Below are positions 24,895 through 36,600 of a DNA stretch of 64,000 nucleotides, piece after piece. The position numbers and the translations under genes were made by a program. The stretch's first letter is position 1; each line of letters starts with the position of its first letter. The notes below the pieces were generated by a model, which was not told the DNA's origin, did no database searches, and was given only the letters and a program-made list of their open reading frames with translations. Origin of the DNA: Laetmonice hystrix (taxonomy: Eukaryota); assembly GCA_965235115.1 (NCBI GenBank), contig OZ249436.1:22632001-22696000 (forward strand), written 5' to 3'.

Positions 24895-26181
24895 TGCACT
24901 TTTTGGAGAGGCTGTCCCGGTGTCCCAATTTCAAATTACCCCCCTGTCAGATTACCGGGGGGTAGCCTGAAGCTAGCTTCAAATTACCCCCCGGTAATCT
25001 GAAGTTGGTTTCAAAAAGCCCCTCGGTTAGGGTTAAGTTGAGTTTAGGGTTAGGTCTGTTTGAATTAACGCGCGAAACATTTTTTATCCGAAGTTTATTT
25101 TTGTAACTTGAAACTGGGGGGGAGGGGGGTAATTTGAAGCTAGCTTCAGATTTCCGGGGGGTAACTTCAATGGCGGGGGGGGAGTAATCTGAAACAGTTA
25201 CACCGGATCCGCGTGAGGATTTTGCCCATAAGGTTGTGGCCCCAGTCGTCGCGATTCTCCAAGATCCTTTGGTCATTAAAGCTTCTCCTGATACCCCAAA
25301 GTTTATCGTTCGGAGCAGCCTCCACGAGAATGTTGGTACCAGTTGCCAGAAGGAAATCTCTGGCATTCCGGTTCTGTTTTAACTTTTCAAGGAGACCCTG
25401 GTAGACCAGGTCTTTCGCAGTTTGCCCAGTCAGAGCAGTTGAAGTTCTTGATTTTGTGGCTCGCAGCTTTGGCAGCACTGGGAGATTTCAGTTGCGTGAT
25501 GTGGTCAGCAGACTTCTGATCATTGAACCTAATGGCTATTTTGGGTTGTATGTATTGTTCTCCATTGGCAAAGTGGACGCCTTCAACAATGAACTCGGCG
25601 CTATAGAAGGTGCTAAGAGGGGAAGCTGAAGAATAGAAGAAGGTGTAATTGTCGATGGTTCTTGTAGCCAGATTCTGTGGTTGGAGCAGATCTGGGAGGA
25701 GGTGTAGGTTTTTAACCGTAGGCCTATATGCTTGAGCATTAATAATCAACTTGTCCGCCACCATCTTGGTTGGTAGACCTCGGTCAATGGTGGCACGGCG
25801 GACAGGGAGAAGTGGACGAATGTTGTTTTCAACTTCACGGGGAAAGTGCTCCTTAATTATCACATTAGAGTTTTTTTGTTTCAGGATGTGGCGACGATAC
25901 CAGATCATGTCACGGTCAAGGCGACTCACAAAAGCGATAATGACAGGTCTGGTCTTCCCCAGAGAGCCACCAAGGCGAAGAAGATCATTAATATACATCC
26001 TGTTGAGGTCAACATCGAGTGAGCTAATAATATCAACCAGCTTGGCTCTCAGCTGGTCTTTAGCTTCGCCTTTCTCGTCTGCAATGTTCAAGAGGATTAG
26101 GTTAATCTTCTTGCTGTGTGCTTCAGTGGCAAGGAGGCTATCGTGTAGCCGTGAGTTCTCAGCTTTGAGTGACTGTACCTC
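24895..26181 (-). pseudogene. LINE ORF1 fused to a NADAR (YbiA-like) domain, frameshifted (copy A)
   Basis: EVQSLKAENSRL...NLILLNIADEKGE...RPVIIAFVSRLDRD...VIIKEHFPREV (L1-like ORF1p), then FFYSSASPLSTFY...GEQYIQ.K...KIKNF, a frameshift near 25425, then GLLEKLKQN...FLLATGTNILVEAAPNDKLWGI...GHNLMGKILTRIR (NADAR signature). Confidence 0.85.
24921..25202. mobile_element. Ginger1-like non-autonomous element inserted in the last NADAR codons of copy A
   Basis: TGT...ACA ends with CCGG duplicated (24917-24920, 25203-25206); copy B has the empty site gatccggga; internal inverted segments and a ggttagggtta tract. Confidence 0.65.
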
Positions 26182-28590
26182 CTGTTGAAGAGCAACAACA
26201 GTTTATATTCCTCAGATATTGACAGAGCATGGAACTACTACTAACCTTAAACTGACATCATTTAGTATCTTTGAGAAAAAACACTTACCTGTCCCCTATA
26301 GTCACCTATTGACATATATATGAAGACACACTGTTACTGCAATACTGCAGTATGATGAGTTTTGTTAACTAAAACTCGGACCGAAGCTAAAACATGATAA
26401 TTAGCGGAGGTTTGAATTTGCCTCCGTTGCCTAAGGCCTCGTCTGGCTAAGGTCAACGAGCTGGTTCTGATACAGCAGTGACGTAACAAATACATGTATA
26501 CATTCATATAATATTATATGAATATTATCGCTAGCCTTCATTTCCATGTTGTTACCTGGACTACTCCGTGGCCGCCTGGGAGAGCCAAATAACATTGGGT
26601 CAACAGACCTCGAGTGACAGCTGGCTATACACAGCCAGGCTATCTAAATTAGACAGTACCAGGCCATGCCCATCACTCGGAGTTAGGGCAGTAAGAACTC
26701 ATCAAGACACCAGTAGTTGAGAATTTGGGTAGCAGAACTACTCCAGCACTGCAGGGGATTTCGTTTATTCGGTAAAATAGTCTGCCTTATTTATGTTGTT
26801 TATTGTATACATCTAACAGATTCTGTTGGGATTTGTTAACATTCTTCTAGCTTCAAACCATCAATTATTCTCTGGGGTATAACGGTCGTGTTGGTAGTTA
26901 AAGCGCCAACATCTACAGCTAGTTTTGGTCCTATGATGATGAATTACCCTGGCTGACGTAGGATATGACATAATTACAGTTACTAATATATTAGTCACAG
27001 ACCTTGTGACTAACTCTTACATTATCAGGGAGGGGGTTAATCTGGACTGAACTAGATTGATATGACGTCAGCCAGTGAAGGGAACACCAGTGCATGATGT
27101 TTATCTAAGCCAGGCTGCCGCGTCCATCACAGGCAGTCACAGGCAGCATTAAAGCTTCTACTGAAAATATATAACCGAATACACTCTGCACATAATTACT
27201 TATAAAGTATAACTCGATATTACCTATAAAGTATAACTTATAACTCTAATCTTAACAATGTGCACACATTATCCCCAGGCTTCATGGCGTCAGTGTCTGC
27301 TGTCCATCTAGGGGCGGATCCGGGGAGGGGGTGCGGGGATTTGCCTAGGGCGGTTGGCATGGTCAGTTCCGAAAGTTCCGAAAGTGCAATGGAGAAAAAG
27401 GACAAAATGGTTGCCTCACTACCCCCCCCCCCCCCCGATCCACCACTGCCATGCATGCTACAAACATGTTTCGCTCGGAGTATATCAATGGCTGCCGTGA
27501 CCAAAGTGTCATCAGTGTCGGCTGTCGGTAACGATTCATACTACCAAAAAATATACCAAAAAAACTATATACCAAATATAGCAATATACCCTCCCCCCCC
27601 CAAAAAAAAACAATATTAGATCATGACATTGTGTTCCATCTGTTCACAGGCGTACATATATAGGCAAAATTAAAACATAAGAATTATTCAGTGTATTAAT
27701 ACTCTCTTCATCCACGCATAAATCTTTCGCCTTTTACTAAAGATTTCCGTGGGGATTTGGAGAATACGGAGCATTTTGGGTTGATTTGGTTACGATGAAT
27801 CACTCATTAGCTTTTGTTGGTTTTCTTCTTCTGGAGTCGTAGGTTGGCCAGTAGCCTATAAATACCCTTGGGACCGGGTCATAATAGGTCATCAGGTTCA
27901 TAGGCTGGCCTTTTTTCAGACTGTCCGTGGCGACCCGGAATATAATAGTTTCACTTGCCTGTGAGGTATCTGGCTTACAGTCTGGGGGTAACTCCAAACA
28001 GACAGCGCAGCGTAGTGTTCCGAGGGATTTAAACCTGTCCTCTGATGATGAAGATTGGACTTTTCAAAAGAAAAGAACGAAAGGTGGTCGGAAGGTGGGG
28101 GGAAAGTTTTCCCTAACGGGGCCGAGTGGCACGAGACCCCCATCTAAGACTGTTAAATAAAAAATCAGGGCGTTCAAAGCCCGTAAAAGTCTCGAGGGTA
28201 GGGCAAGACCCCGTTTTGCTGAAGAAACCTATGTTCATTGAAGATCAAAAGGAAAGTGCAGAAAGCTAGAATTGTGAGGAGCGCAGTTTTTAAGTCTGTG
28301 GACTGGGGTGGTGTTTGTGATGGTGGCTGGCAGGAAACCTCTGTGTTTGAGGTGTCAGAATATGGGCCACCAATCCAAAAAGGTTTGGCCGATATGGAAA
28401 CAATTTGTGGGGTTAGAGTTAGTATAGTAGTTCCAATCTCCCGGCCAACCCGACTTCCCGCCGGGGCCACGTTAATAGTCTTGGGCCAGGTGGGAGGAGG
28501 GGGGGGGTGCTGGAGGGCTGTGAGGAGGGAGGTGGCCGATATGGTAACAGTTCGTGGGGTTAGAGTTAAGGTTTGGGTTAGTAGTAATTG

Positions 28591-28876
28591 CAATCTAATT
28601 AAAATTAGATCTTGGTATTCCGCATCTCTCTCGGCTGTGTCAGTGCTGCCTGCGCTCCATACCTAGATCTAAGGACAGCCCATTAGGGGTCACCTCAGGT
28701 TGACCTCTGGATTCAGCCAATCAGCGAGTCGCCTACGAAATCTTCGGTGTGCGCTCGTAGGCATTTTCAACGGCACACTTGAATCTGGGTCAAAGGGCAG
28801 CCTGAGGTGACCCCATACGTTAGATCCTAGTATGGAGCGCATGCGAAATAACTAAGATCTAATTTTAATTAGATTG
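28591..28876. mobile_element. Mutator-like MITE (copies 32391-32676, 36193-36478; independent inverted insertion 38662-38966)
   Basis: TIR caatctaatt.../...aattagattg; TSD gtagtaattg (10 bp) here and gatacagca (9 bp) at 38653-38661/38967-38975. Confidence 0.75.
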
Positions 28877-29649
28877 GTAGTAATTGCAATCCCCAGCAAA
28901 CCTGACTTCCCACCGGGGCAACGTTATTAGCTTGGGACAGGGGGCTGGAGCCTAGGGATGTGGGAAAGTTTGGCCGGTATAGAAACAATTTGTGGGGTTA
29001 GAGTTAAGGTTAAGGGTAGGGTTAGTAGTAGTTCCATTCTTCCAGCGAAGGCGACTTCCCGCCAGGGCAACGTTAATAGCCTGGGACAGGGGGGCTGGAG
29101 GGGTGTGGGGAGGTTTGGTTGAAAAGGAACAATTTATGGGTTAGAGTTAAGGTCATGGTCAGCAATAGTTCCAATCTCCGGGCAAACCCGATTTCCCGCC
29201 GGGGTGACGTTAAAATCCTGGGCCTGGTTGGGGGGTGGGGTGTTGGAGGGGTGTGGGGAAGATTGGCCAATATGGAAATAATTATTGTGGGGTTAGAGTT
29301 AATGTTAAGGTTAGGGTGGGTAGTAGTTCCAATCTCCCAGTGAACCCGACTTCCCGCCGGGGCTAAGTTAATAGCCTGGGCCAGGTGGGGGGGGGGAGGT
29401 GCTGGAGGGGTGTGAGGAGGTTTGGCCGATATGGAAACAATTCGTGGGGTTAGAGTTAAGGTTAGGGTTAGAGTTAGTATAGTAGTTCCAATCTCCCGGC
29501 GAAGCCGACTTCCCGTTGGGGGCCACGTTAACAGCTTGGGACAGAGGTGTGTGTGGGGGTGGCGGGGGCTGGAGGGGTGTGGGGAGGTTTGAGCGATATG
29601 GAAACAATTAATGGGGTTAGAGTTAAGGTTAAGGTTAGGGTTAGTAGTA

Positions 29650-30600
29650 CAGGGTGACCAAAAACCTTCTAAGCCTTCTAAAATCTGTAACTCTTCCTAG
29701 AATTTGTTCAGTTTGTTCAGATTTGGTATGCCTTACTATGATATATGCCTGCTGTCCTTGCACAGTTTTAGTCAATTCTAATTCCTGGTTTGGACTTTAT
29801 GCCCTGTTAAAAATATGCTCCAAATGTACACCAGTGCATTGTAAGCACACTTGAATTCTTCGGGTGGAGGGTTGTCAATCACGCGCACACATTCCTCACG
29901 TGGTATTGCTGGGTATTCTCCTTGTTATGGTTGTCTTCAGCTGGTCAATTGTCTGAGAATTCTTTCCCCCACCAGATGAGGTCTTTCAACGACCATTATA
30001 TTCAGTTAAGTGCACAGTTTGGATCGCCATCTCCAAGCATGTGATAATCGGCCCAGCTTTTGGAGAGCTTTGGGTCAGTGAAGAGGCATAACAAGGGATG
30101 AACAATTGTTCCAGCAAGATGGGCAACTCCCGACACTGCCAACAAGACACTACAGTGGATGCGAGAGAGATTTGAGGACAGTCTCATGAGTAGGAGGTGT
30201 GACATTGAGTGGGCGGCACACTTACCTGACTTGAACCCCCCAGATTTTTATCTCTGGGGTTACTTGAAAGACAGTGTGTATATGAACAATCCTGAGACAA
30301 TTGACCAGCTGAAGACAACCATAACAAGGACAATACCGAGTAACACCGTGTAAGGAATGTGTGCGTGTGATTGACAACTTCGCCCGCAGAATCCAAGTGT
30401 GCTTACAATGCTGCGGGGACATTTGGAGCATAGTTTTAACAGGGCATAAAATTCTAACCATGGATTGGAATTGACTAACACTGTGCAAGGACATTGGGCA
30501 TATATCATAATTAAGGCATATCAAATCTGAACAAATTCTATGGAGAGTTACAGAGTTTAGAAGGCTTGCTATGGGTTCTGTGTTTTTTGGGGTCACCCTG
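29650..30600 (+). mobile_element. DD41D (Visitor/rosa-type) mariner derivative with foldback ends (copies 33448-34410, 37255-38208)
   Basis: TA|CAGGGTGACC...GGTCACCCTG|TA; relic QQDG..PDTA...WAAHLPDLNPPDFYLWGYL has 41 residues between the second and third catalytic Asp (counted in ORF 37721). Confidence 0.85.
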
Positions 30601-33600
30601 TAGTTTCAATCTCCCGGCGAAGCCAACTACCGACTAGGGCCACGTTAATAGCTTGGGACAGGGGGGCTGGAGGGTTGTGATGAGCTTTGGCCGATAGGGA
30701 ACAATTTGTGGGTTAGAGTTAAGGTTAAAGTTAGGCTTAGCAAACCCGACTTCCCATCCTGCCTAGAATGAACAGCCTGATCAAAGAGCTGGTAGTGCCT
30801 GAAAAACGAGGGGACTTCAGGCCAACTTACCTCAAGCACCTTCGCCTTGTGGCTGGGTAGGCAGTCAACATACTCCTTGGCTGCTTATTGCGGTAAACTT
30901 CTACTTTGAAGTTTCTGTACAATTATGAATAAAGGTGCTGACACATATAGATTATCTATTTCTGAGAAACCTGAGTGTAGAACTCACAGAAAACGTATAC
31001 CGTTGAAAATCAAATTAGTGTTAGGTATATACAGCCAATGCAATGGCTAAGGTCAACGACCTGGTTCTGATACAGCAGTGACGTAACAAGGATACATTCA
31101 TATAATATTATATGAATATTATCGCTAGCCTTCATTTCCATGTTGTTACCTGGACTACTCCCTGGCCGCCTGGGAGAGCCAAATAACATTGGGTCAACAG
31201 ACCTCGAGTGATAGCTGACTATACACAGCCAGGCTATATAAATTAGACAGCGCCAGACCATGCCCATCACTCAGAGATCCGTCGCCCAATGTTAGGGTAG
31301 TAAGAACTCATCAAGACACCAGTAGTTGAAAATCTGGATAGAAGAACTACTCCATCACCACATATACCCCCCCCCCCCCTCCTCCAAAAAAAAATAGATC
31401 ATGACATTGTGTTCCAGCTATTAATAGGCGTATATATATATATATATATATATATAGGCAAAATTAAAACATATGAATTATTCAGTGTATTAATACTCTG
31501 GTTTCTCTTCATCCACGCATAAATCTTTCGCCTTTTACTAAAGATTTCCATGGGGATTTGGAGAATACGAAGTATTTTGGGTTGATTTGGTTACGATGAA
31601 TCACTCATTAGCTTTTGTTGGTTTTCTTCTTCTGGAGTCGTAGGTTGGCCAGTAGCCTATAAATACCCTTGGGACCGGGTCATAATAAGTCATTAGCTTC
31701 ATAGGCTGGCCTTTTTTCAGACTGCCCGTGGCGACCCGGAATATAATAGTTTCACTTGCCTGTGAGGTATCTGGCTTACAGTCTGGGGGTAACTCCAAAC
31801 AGACAGCGCAGCGTAGTGTTCCGAGGGATTTAAACCTGTCCTCTGATGATGAAGATTGGACTTTTCAAAAGAAAAGAACGAAAGGTGGTCGGAAGGTGGG
31901 GGGAAAGTTTTCCCTAACGGGGCCGACTGGCACGAGACCCCCATCTAAGACTGTTAAATAAAAAATCAGGGCGTTCAAAGCCCGTAAAAGTCTCGAGGGT
32001 AGGGCAAGACCCCGTTTTGCTGAAGAAACCTATGTTCATTGAAGATCAAAAGGAAAGTGCAGAAAGCTAGAATTGTGAGGAGCGCAGTTTTTAAGTCTGT
32101 GGACTGGGGTGGTGTTTGTGATGGTGGCTGGCAGGAAACCTCTGTGTTTGAGGTGTCAGAATATGGGCCACCAATCCAAAAAGGTTTGGCCGATATGGAA
32201 ACAATTTGTGGGGTTAGAGTTAGTATAGTAGTTCCAATCTCCCGGCCAACCCGACTTCCCGCCGGGGCCACGTTAATAGTCTTGGGCCAGGTGGGAGGAG
32301 GGGGGGGTGCTGGAGGGGTGTGAGGAGGGAGGTGGCCGATATGGTAACAGTTCGTGGGGTTAGAGTTAAGGTTTGGGTTAGTAGTAATTGCAATCTAATT
32401 AAAATTAGATCTTGGTATTCCGCATCTCTCTCGGCTGTGTCAGTGCTGCCTGCGCTCCATACCTAGATCTAAGGACAGCCCATTAGGGGTCACCTCAGGT
32501 TGACCTCTGGATTCAGCCAATCAGCGAGTCGCCTACGAAATCTTCGGTGTGCGCTCGTAGGCATTTTCAACGGCACACTTGAATCTGGGTCAAAGGGCAG
32601 CCTGAGGTGACCCCATACGTTAGATCCTAGTATGGAGCGCATGCGAAATAACTAAGATCTAATTTTAATTAGATTGGTAGTAATTGCAATCCCAGCAAAC
32701 CTGACTTCCCACCGGGGCAACGTTATTAGCTTGGGACAGGGGGCTGGAGCCTAGGGATGTGGGAAAGTTTGGCCGGTATAGAAACAATTTGTGGGGTTAG
32801 AGTTAAGGTTAAGGGTAGGGTTAGTAGTAGTTCCATTCTTCCAGCGAAGGCGACTTCCCGCCAGGGCAACGTTAATAGCCTGGGACAGGGGGGCTGGAGG
32901 GGTGTGGGGAGGTTTGGTTGAAAAGGAACAATTTATGGGTTAGAGTTAAGGTCATGGTCAGCAATAGTTCCAATCTCCGGGCAAACCCGATTTCCCGCCG
33001 GGGTGACGTTAAAATCCTGGGCCTGGTTGGGGGGTGGGGTGTTGGAGGGGTGTGGGGAAGATTGGCCAATATGGAAATAATTATTGTGGGGTTAGAGTTA
33101 ATGTTAAGGTTAGGGTGGGTAGTAGTTCCAATCTCCCAGTGAACCCGACTTCCCGCCGGGGCTAAGTTAATAGCCTGGGCCAGGTGGGGGGGGGAGGTGC
33201 TGGAGGGGTGTGAGGAGGTTTGGCCGATATGGAAACAATTCGTGGGGTTAGAGTTAAGGTTAGGGTTAGAGTTAGTATAGTAGTTCCAATCTCCCGGCGA
33301 AGCCGACTTCCCGTTAGGGGCCACGTTAACAGCTTGGGACAGAGGTGTGTGTGTGGGTGGCGGGGGCTGGAGGGGTGTGGGGAGGTTTGAGCGATATGGA
33401 AACAATTAATGGGGTTAGAGTTAAGGTTAGGGTTAGGGTTAGTAGTATAGGGTGACCAAAAAAACAACCCATACTAAGCCTTCTAAAATCTGTAACTCTT
33501 CATATAATTTGTTCAGGTTGTTCAGATTTGGTATGCCTTATTATGATATGCCTGCTGTCCTTGCACAGTTTTATTCAATTCTAATTCAATTCCTGGTTCG

Positions 33601-36600
33601 GATTTTATGCCCTGTTAAAAATATGCTCCAAATGTACACCAGGGCATTGTAAGCACACTTGAATTCTTCGTGTGGAGAGTTGTCAATCACACGAACACAT
33701 TCCTCACGTGGTGTTGCTCGGTATTCTCCTTGTTATGGTTGTCTTCAGCTGGTCAATTGTCTGGGAATTCTTTCCCCCACCAGATGAGGTCTTTCAAAGA
33801 CCATTATATTCAGTTAAGTGCACAGTTTGGGTCGCCATCTCCAAGCATGTGATAATCGGCCCAGCTTTTGGAGAGCTTTGGGTCAGCGAAGAGGCATAAC
33901 AAGGGATGAACAATTGTTCCAGCAAGATGGGACAACTCCCGACACTGCCAGTAAGACACTACAGTGGATGCGAGAGAGATTTGAGGACAGTCTCATGAGT
34001 AGGAGGTGTGACATTGAGTGGGCGGCACACTTACCTGACTTGAACCCCCCAGATTTTTATCTCTGGGGTTACTTGGAAGACAGTGTGTATATGAACAATC
34101 CTGAGACAATTGACCAGCTGAAGACAACCATAACAAGGACAATACCGAGTAACACCGTGTAAGGAATGTGTGCGTGTCATTGACAACTTCGCCCGCAGAA
34201 TCCAAGTGTGCTTACAATGCTGCGGGGACATTTGGAGCATAGTTTTAACAGGGCATAAAATTCTAACCATGGATTGGAATTGACTAACACTGTGCAAGGA
34301 CATTGGGCATATATCATAATTAAGGCATATCAAATCTGAACAAATTCTATGGAGAGTTACAGAGTTTAGAAGGCTTGCTATGGGTTCTGTGTTTTTTGGG
34401 GGTCACCCTGTAGTTTCAATCTCCCGGCGAAGCCAACTACCGACTAGGGCCACGTTAATAGCTTGGGACAGGGGGCTGGAGGGTTGTGATGAGCTTTGGC
34501 CGATAGGGAACAATTTGTGGGTTAGAGTTAAGGTTAAAGTTAGGCTTAGCAAACCCGACTTCCCATCCTGCCTAGAATGAACAGCCTGATCAAAGAGCTG
34601 GTAGTGCCTGAAAAACGAGGGGACTTCAGGCCAACTTACCTCAAGCACCTTCGCCTTGTGGCTGGGTAGGCAGTCAACATACTCCTTGGCTGCTTATTGC
34701 GGTAAACTTCTACTTTGAAGTTTCTGTACAATTATGAATAAAGGTGCTGACACATATAGATTATCTATTTCTGAGAAACCTGAGTGTAGAACTCACAGAA
34801 AACGTATACCGTTGAAAATCAAATTAGTGTTAGGTATATACAGCCAATGCAATGGCTAAGGTCAACGACCTGGTTCTGATACAGCAGTGACGTAACAAGG
34901 ATACATTCATATAATATTATATGAATATTATCGCTAGCCTTCATTTCCATGTTGTTACCTGGACTACTCCCTGGCCGCCTGGGAGAGCCAAATAACATTG
35001 GGTCAACAGACCTCGAGTGATAGCTGGCTATACACAGCCAGGCTATATAAATTAGACAGCGCCAGACCATGCCCATCACTCAGAGATCCGTCGCCCAATG
35101 TTAGGGTAGTAAGAACTCATCAAGACACCAGTAGTTGAAAATCTGGATAGAAGAACTACTCCATCACCACATATACCCCCCCCCCCTCCTCCAAAAAAAA
35201 ATAGATCATGACATTGTGTTCCAGCTATTAATAGGCGTATATATATATATATATATATATATATAGGCAAAATTAAAACATATGAATTATTCAGTGTATT
35301 AATACTCTGGTTTCTCTTCATCCACGCATAAATCTTTCGCCTTTTACTAAAGATTTCCATGGGGATTTGGAGAATACGAAGTATTTTGGGTTGATTTGGT
35401 TACGATGAATCACTCATTAGCTTTTGTTGGTTTTCTTCTTCTGGAGTCGTAGGTTGGCCAGTAGCCTATAAATACCCTTGGGACCGGGTCATAATAAGTC
35501 ATTAGCTTCATAGGCTGGCCTTTTTTCAGACTGCCCGTGGCGACCCGGAATATAATAGTTTCACTTGCCTGTGAGGTATCTGGCTTACAGTCTGGGGGTA
35601 ACTCCAAACAGACAGCGCAGCGTAGTGTTCCGCGGGATTTAAACCTGTCCTCTGATGATGAAGATTGGACTTTTCAAAAGAAAAGAACGAAAGGTGGTCG
35701 GAAGGTGGGGGGAAAGTTTTCCCTAACGGGGCCGAGTGGCACGAGACCCCCATCTAAGACTGTTAAATAAAAATTCAGGGCGTTCAAAGCCCGTAAAAGT
35801 CTCGAGGTTAGGGCAAGACCCCGTTTTGCTGAAGAAACCTATGTTCATTGAAGATCAAAAGGAAAGTGCAGAAAGCTAGAATTGTGAGGAGCGCAGTTTT
35901 TAAGTCTGTGGACTGGGGTGGTGTTTGTGATGGTGGCTGGCAGGAAACCTCTGTGTTTGAGGTGTCAGAATATGGGCCACCAATCCAAAAAGGTTTGGCC
36001 GATATGGAAACAATTTGTGGGGTTAGAGTTAGTATAGTAGTTCCAATCTCCCGGCCAACCCGACTTCCCGCCGGGGCCACGTTAATAGTCTTGGGCCAGG
36101 TGGGAGGAGGGGGGGTGCTGGAGGAGTGTGAGGAGGGAGGTGGCCGATATTGTAACAGTTCGTGGGGTTAAGGTTTGGGTTAGTAGTAATTGCAATCTAA
36201 TTAAAATTAGATCTTGGTATTCCGCATCTCTCTCGGCTGTGTCAGTGCTGCCTGCGCTCCATACCTAGATCTAAGGACAGCCCATTAGGGGTCACCTCAG
36301 GTTGACCTCTGGATTCAGCCAATCAGCGAGTCGCCTACGAAATCTTCGGTGTGCGCTCGTAGGCATTTTCAACGGCACACTTGAATCTGGGTCAAAGGGC
36401 AGCCTGAGGTGACCCCATACGTTAGATCCTAGTATGGAGCGCATGCGAAATAACTAAGATCTAATTTTAATTAGATTGGTAGTAATTGCAATCCCCAGCA
36501 AACCTGACTTCCCACCGGGGCAACGTTATTAGCTTGGGACAGGGGGCTGGAGCCTAGGGATGTGGGAAAGTTTGGCCGGTATAGAAACAATTTGTGGGGT

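Larger units (their letters stand above)
23700..26432 (-). mobile_element. L1/Tx1-type non-LTR retrotransposon fragment, copy A (ORF1-NADAR, spacer, ORF2 endonuclease start)
   Basis: Colinear with copy B (42054-53445, + strand); order ORF1 RRM-like, NADAR, spacer, APE endonuclease. Confidence 0.8.

Noticed and set aside
27640..28350. ORFs repeated in each 3.8-kb unit, one weakly like an endonuclease start (LRILQI...KRRKIYAW)
   Set aside because: No further motifs found; recurrence reflects the duplication rather than conservation.
29440..29645. Interstitial telomere (TTAGGG)
   Set aside because: Only 2-3 imperfect units embedded in a roughly 150-bp repeat.
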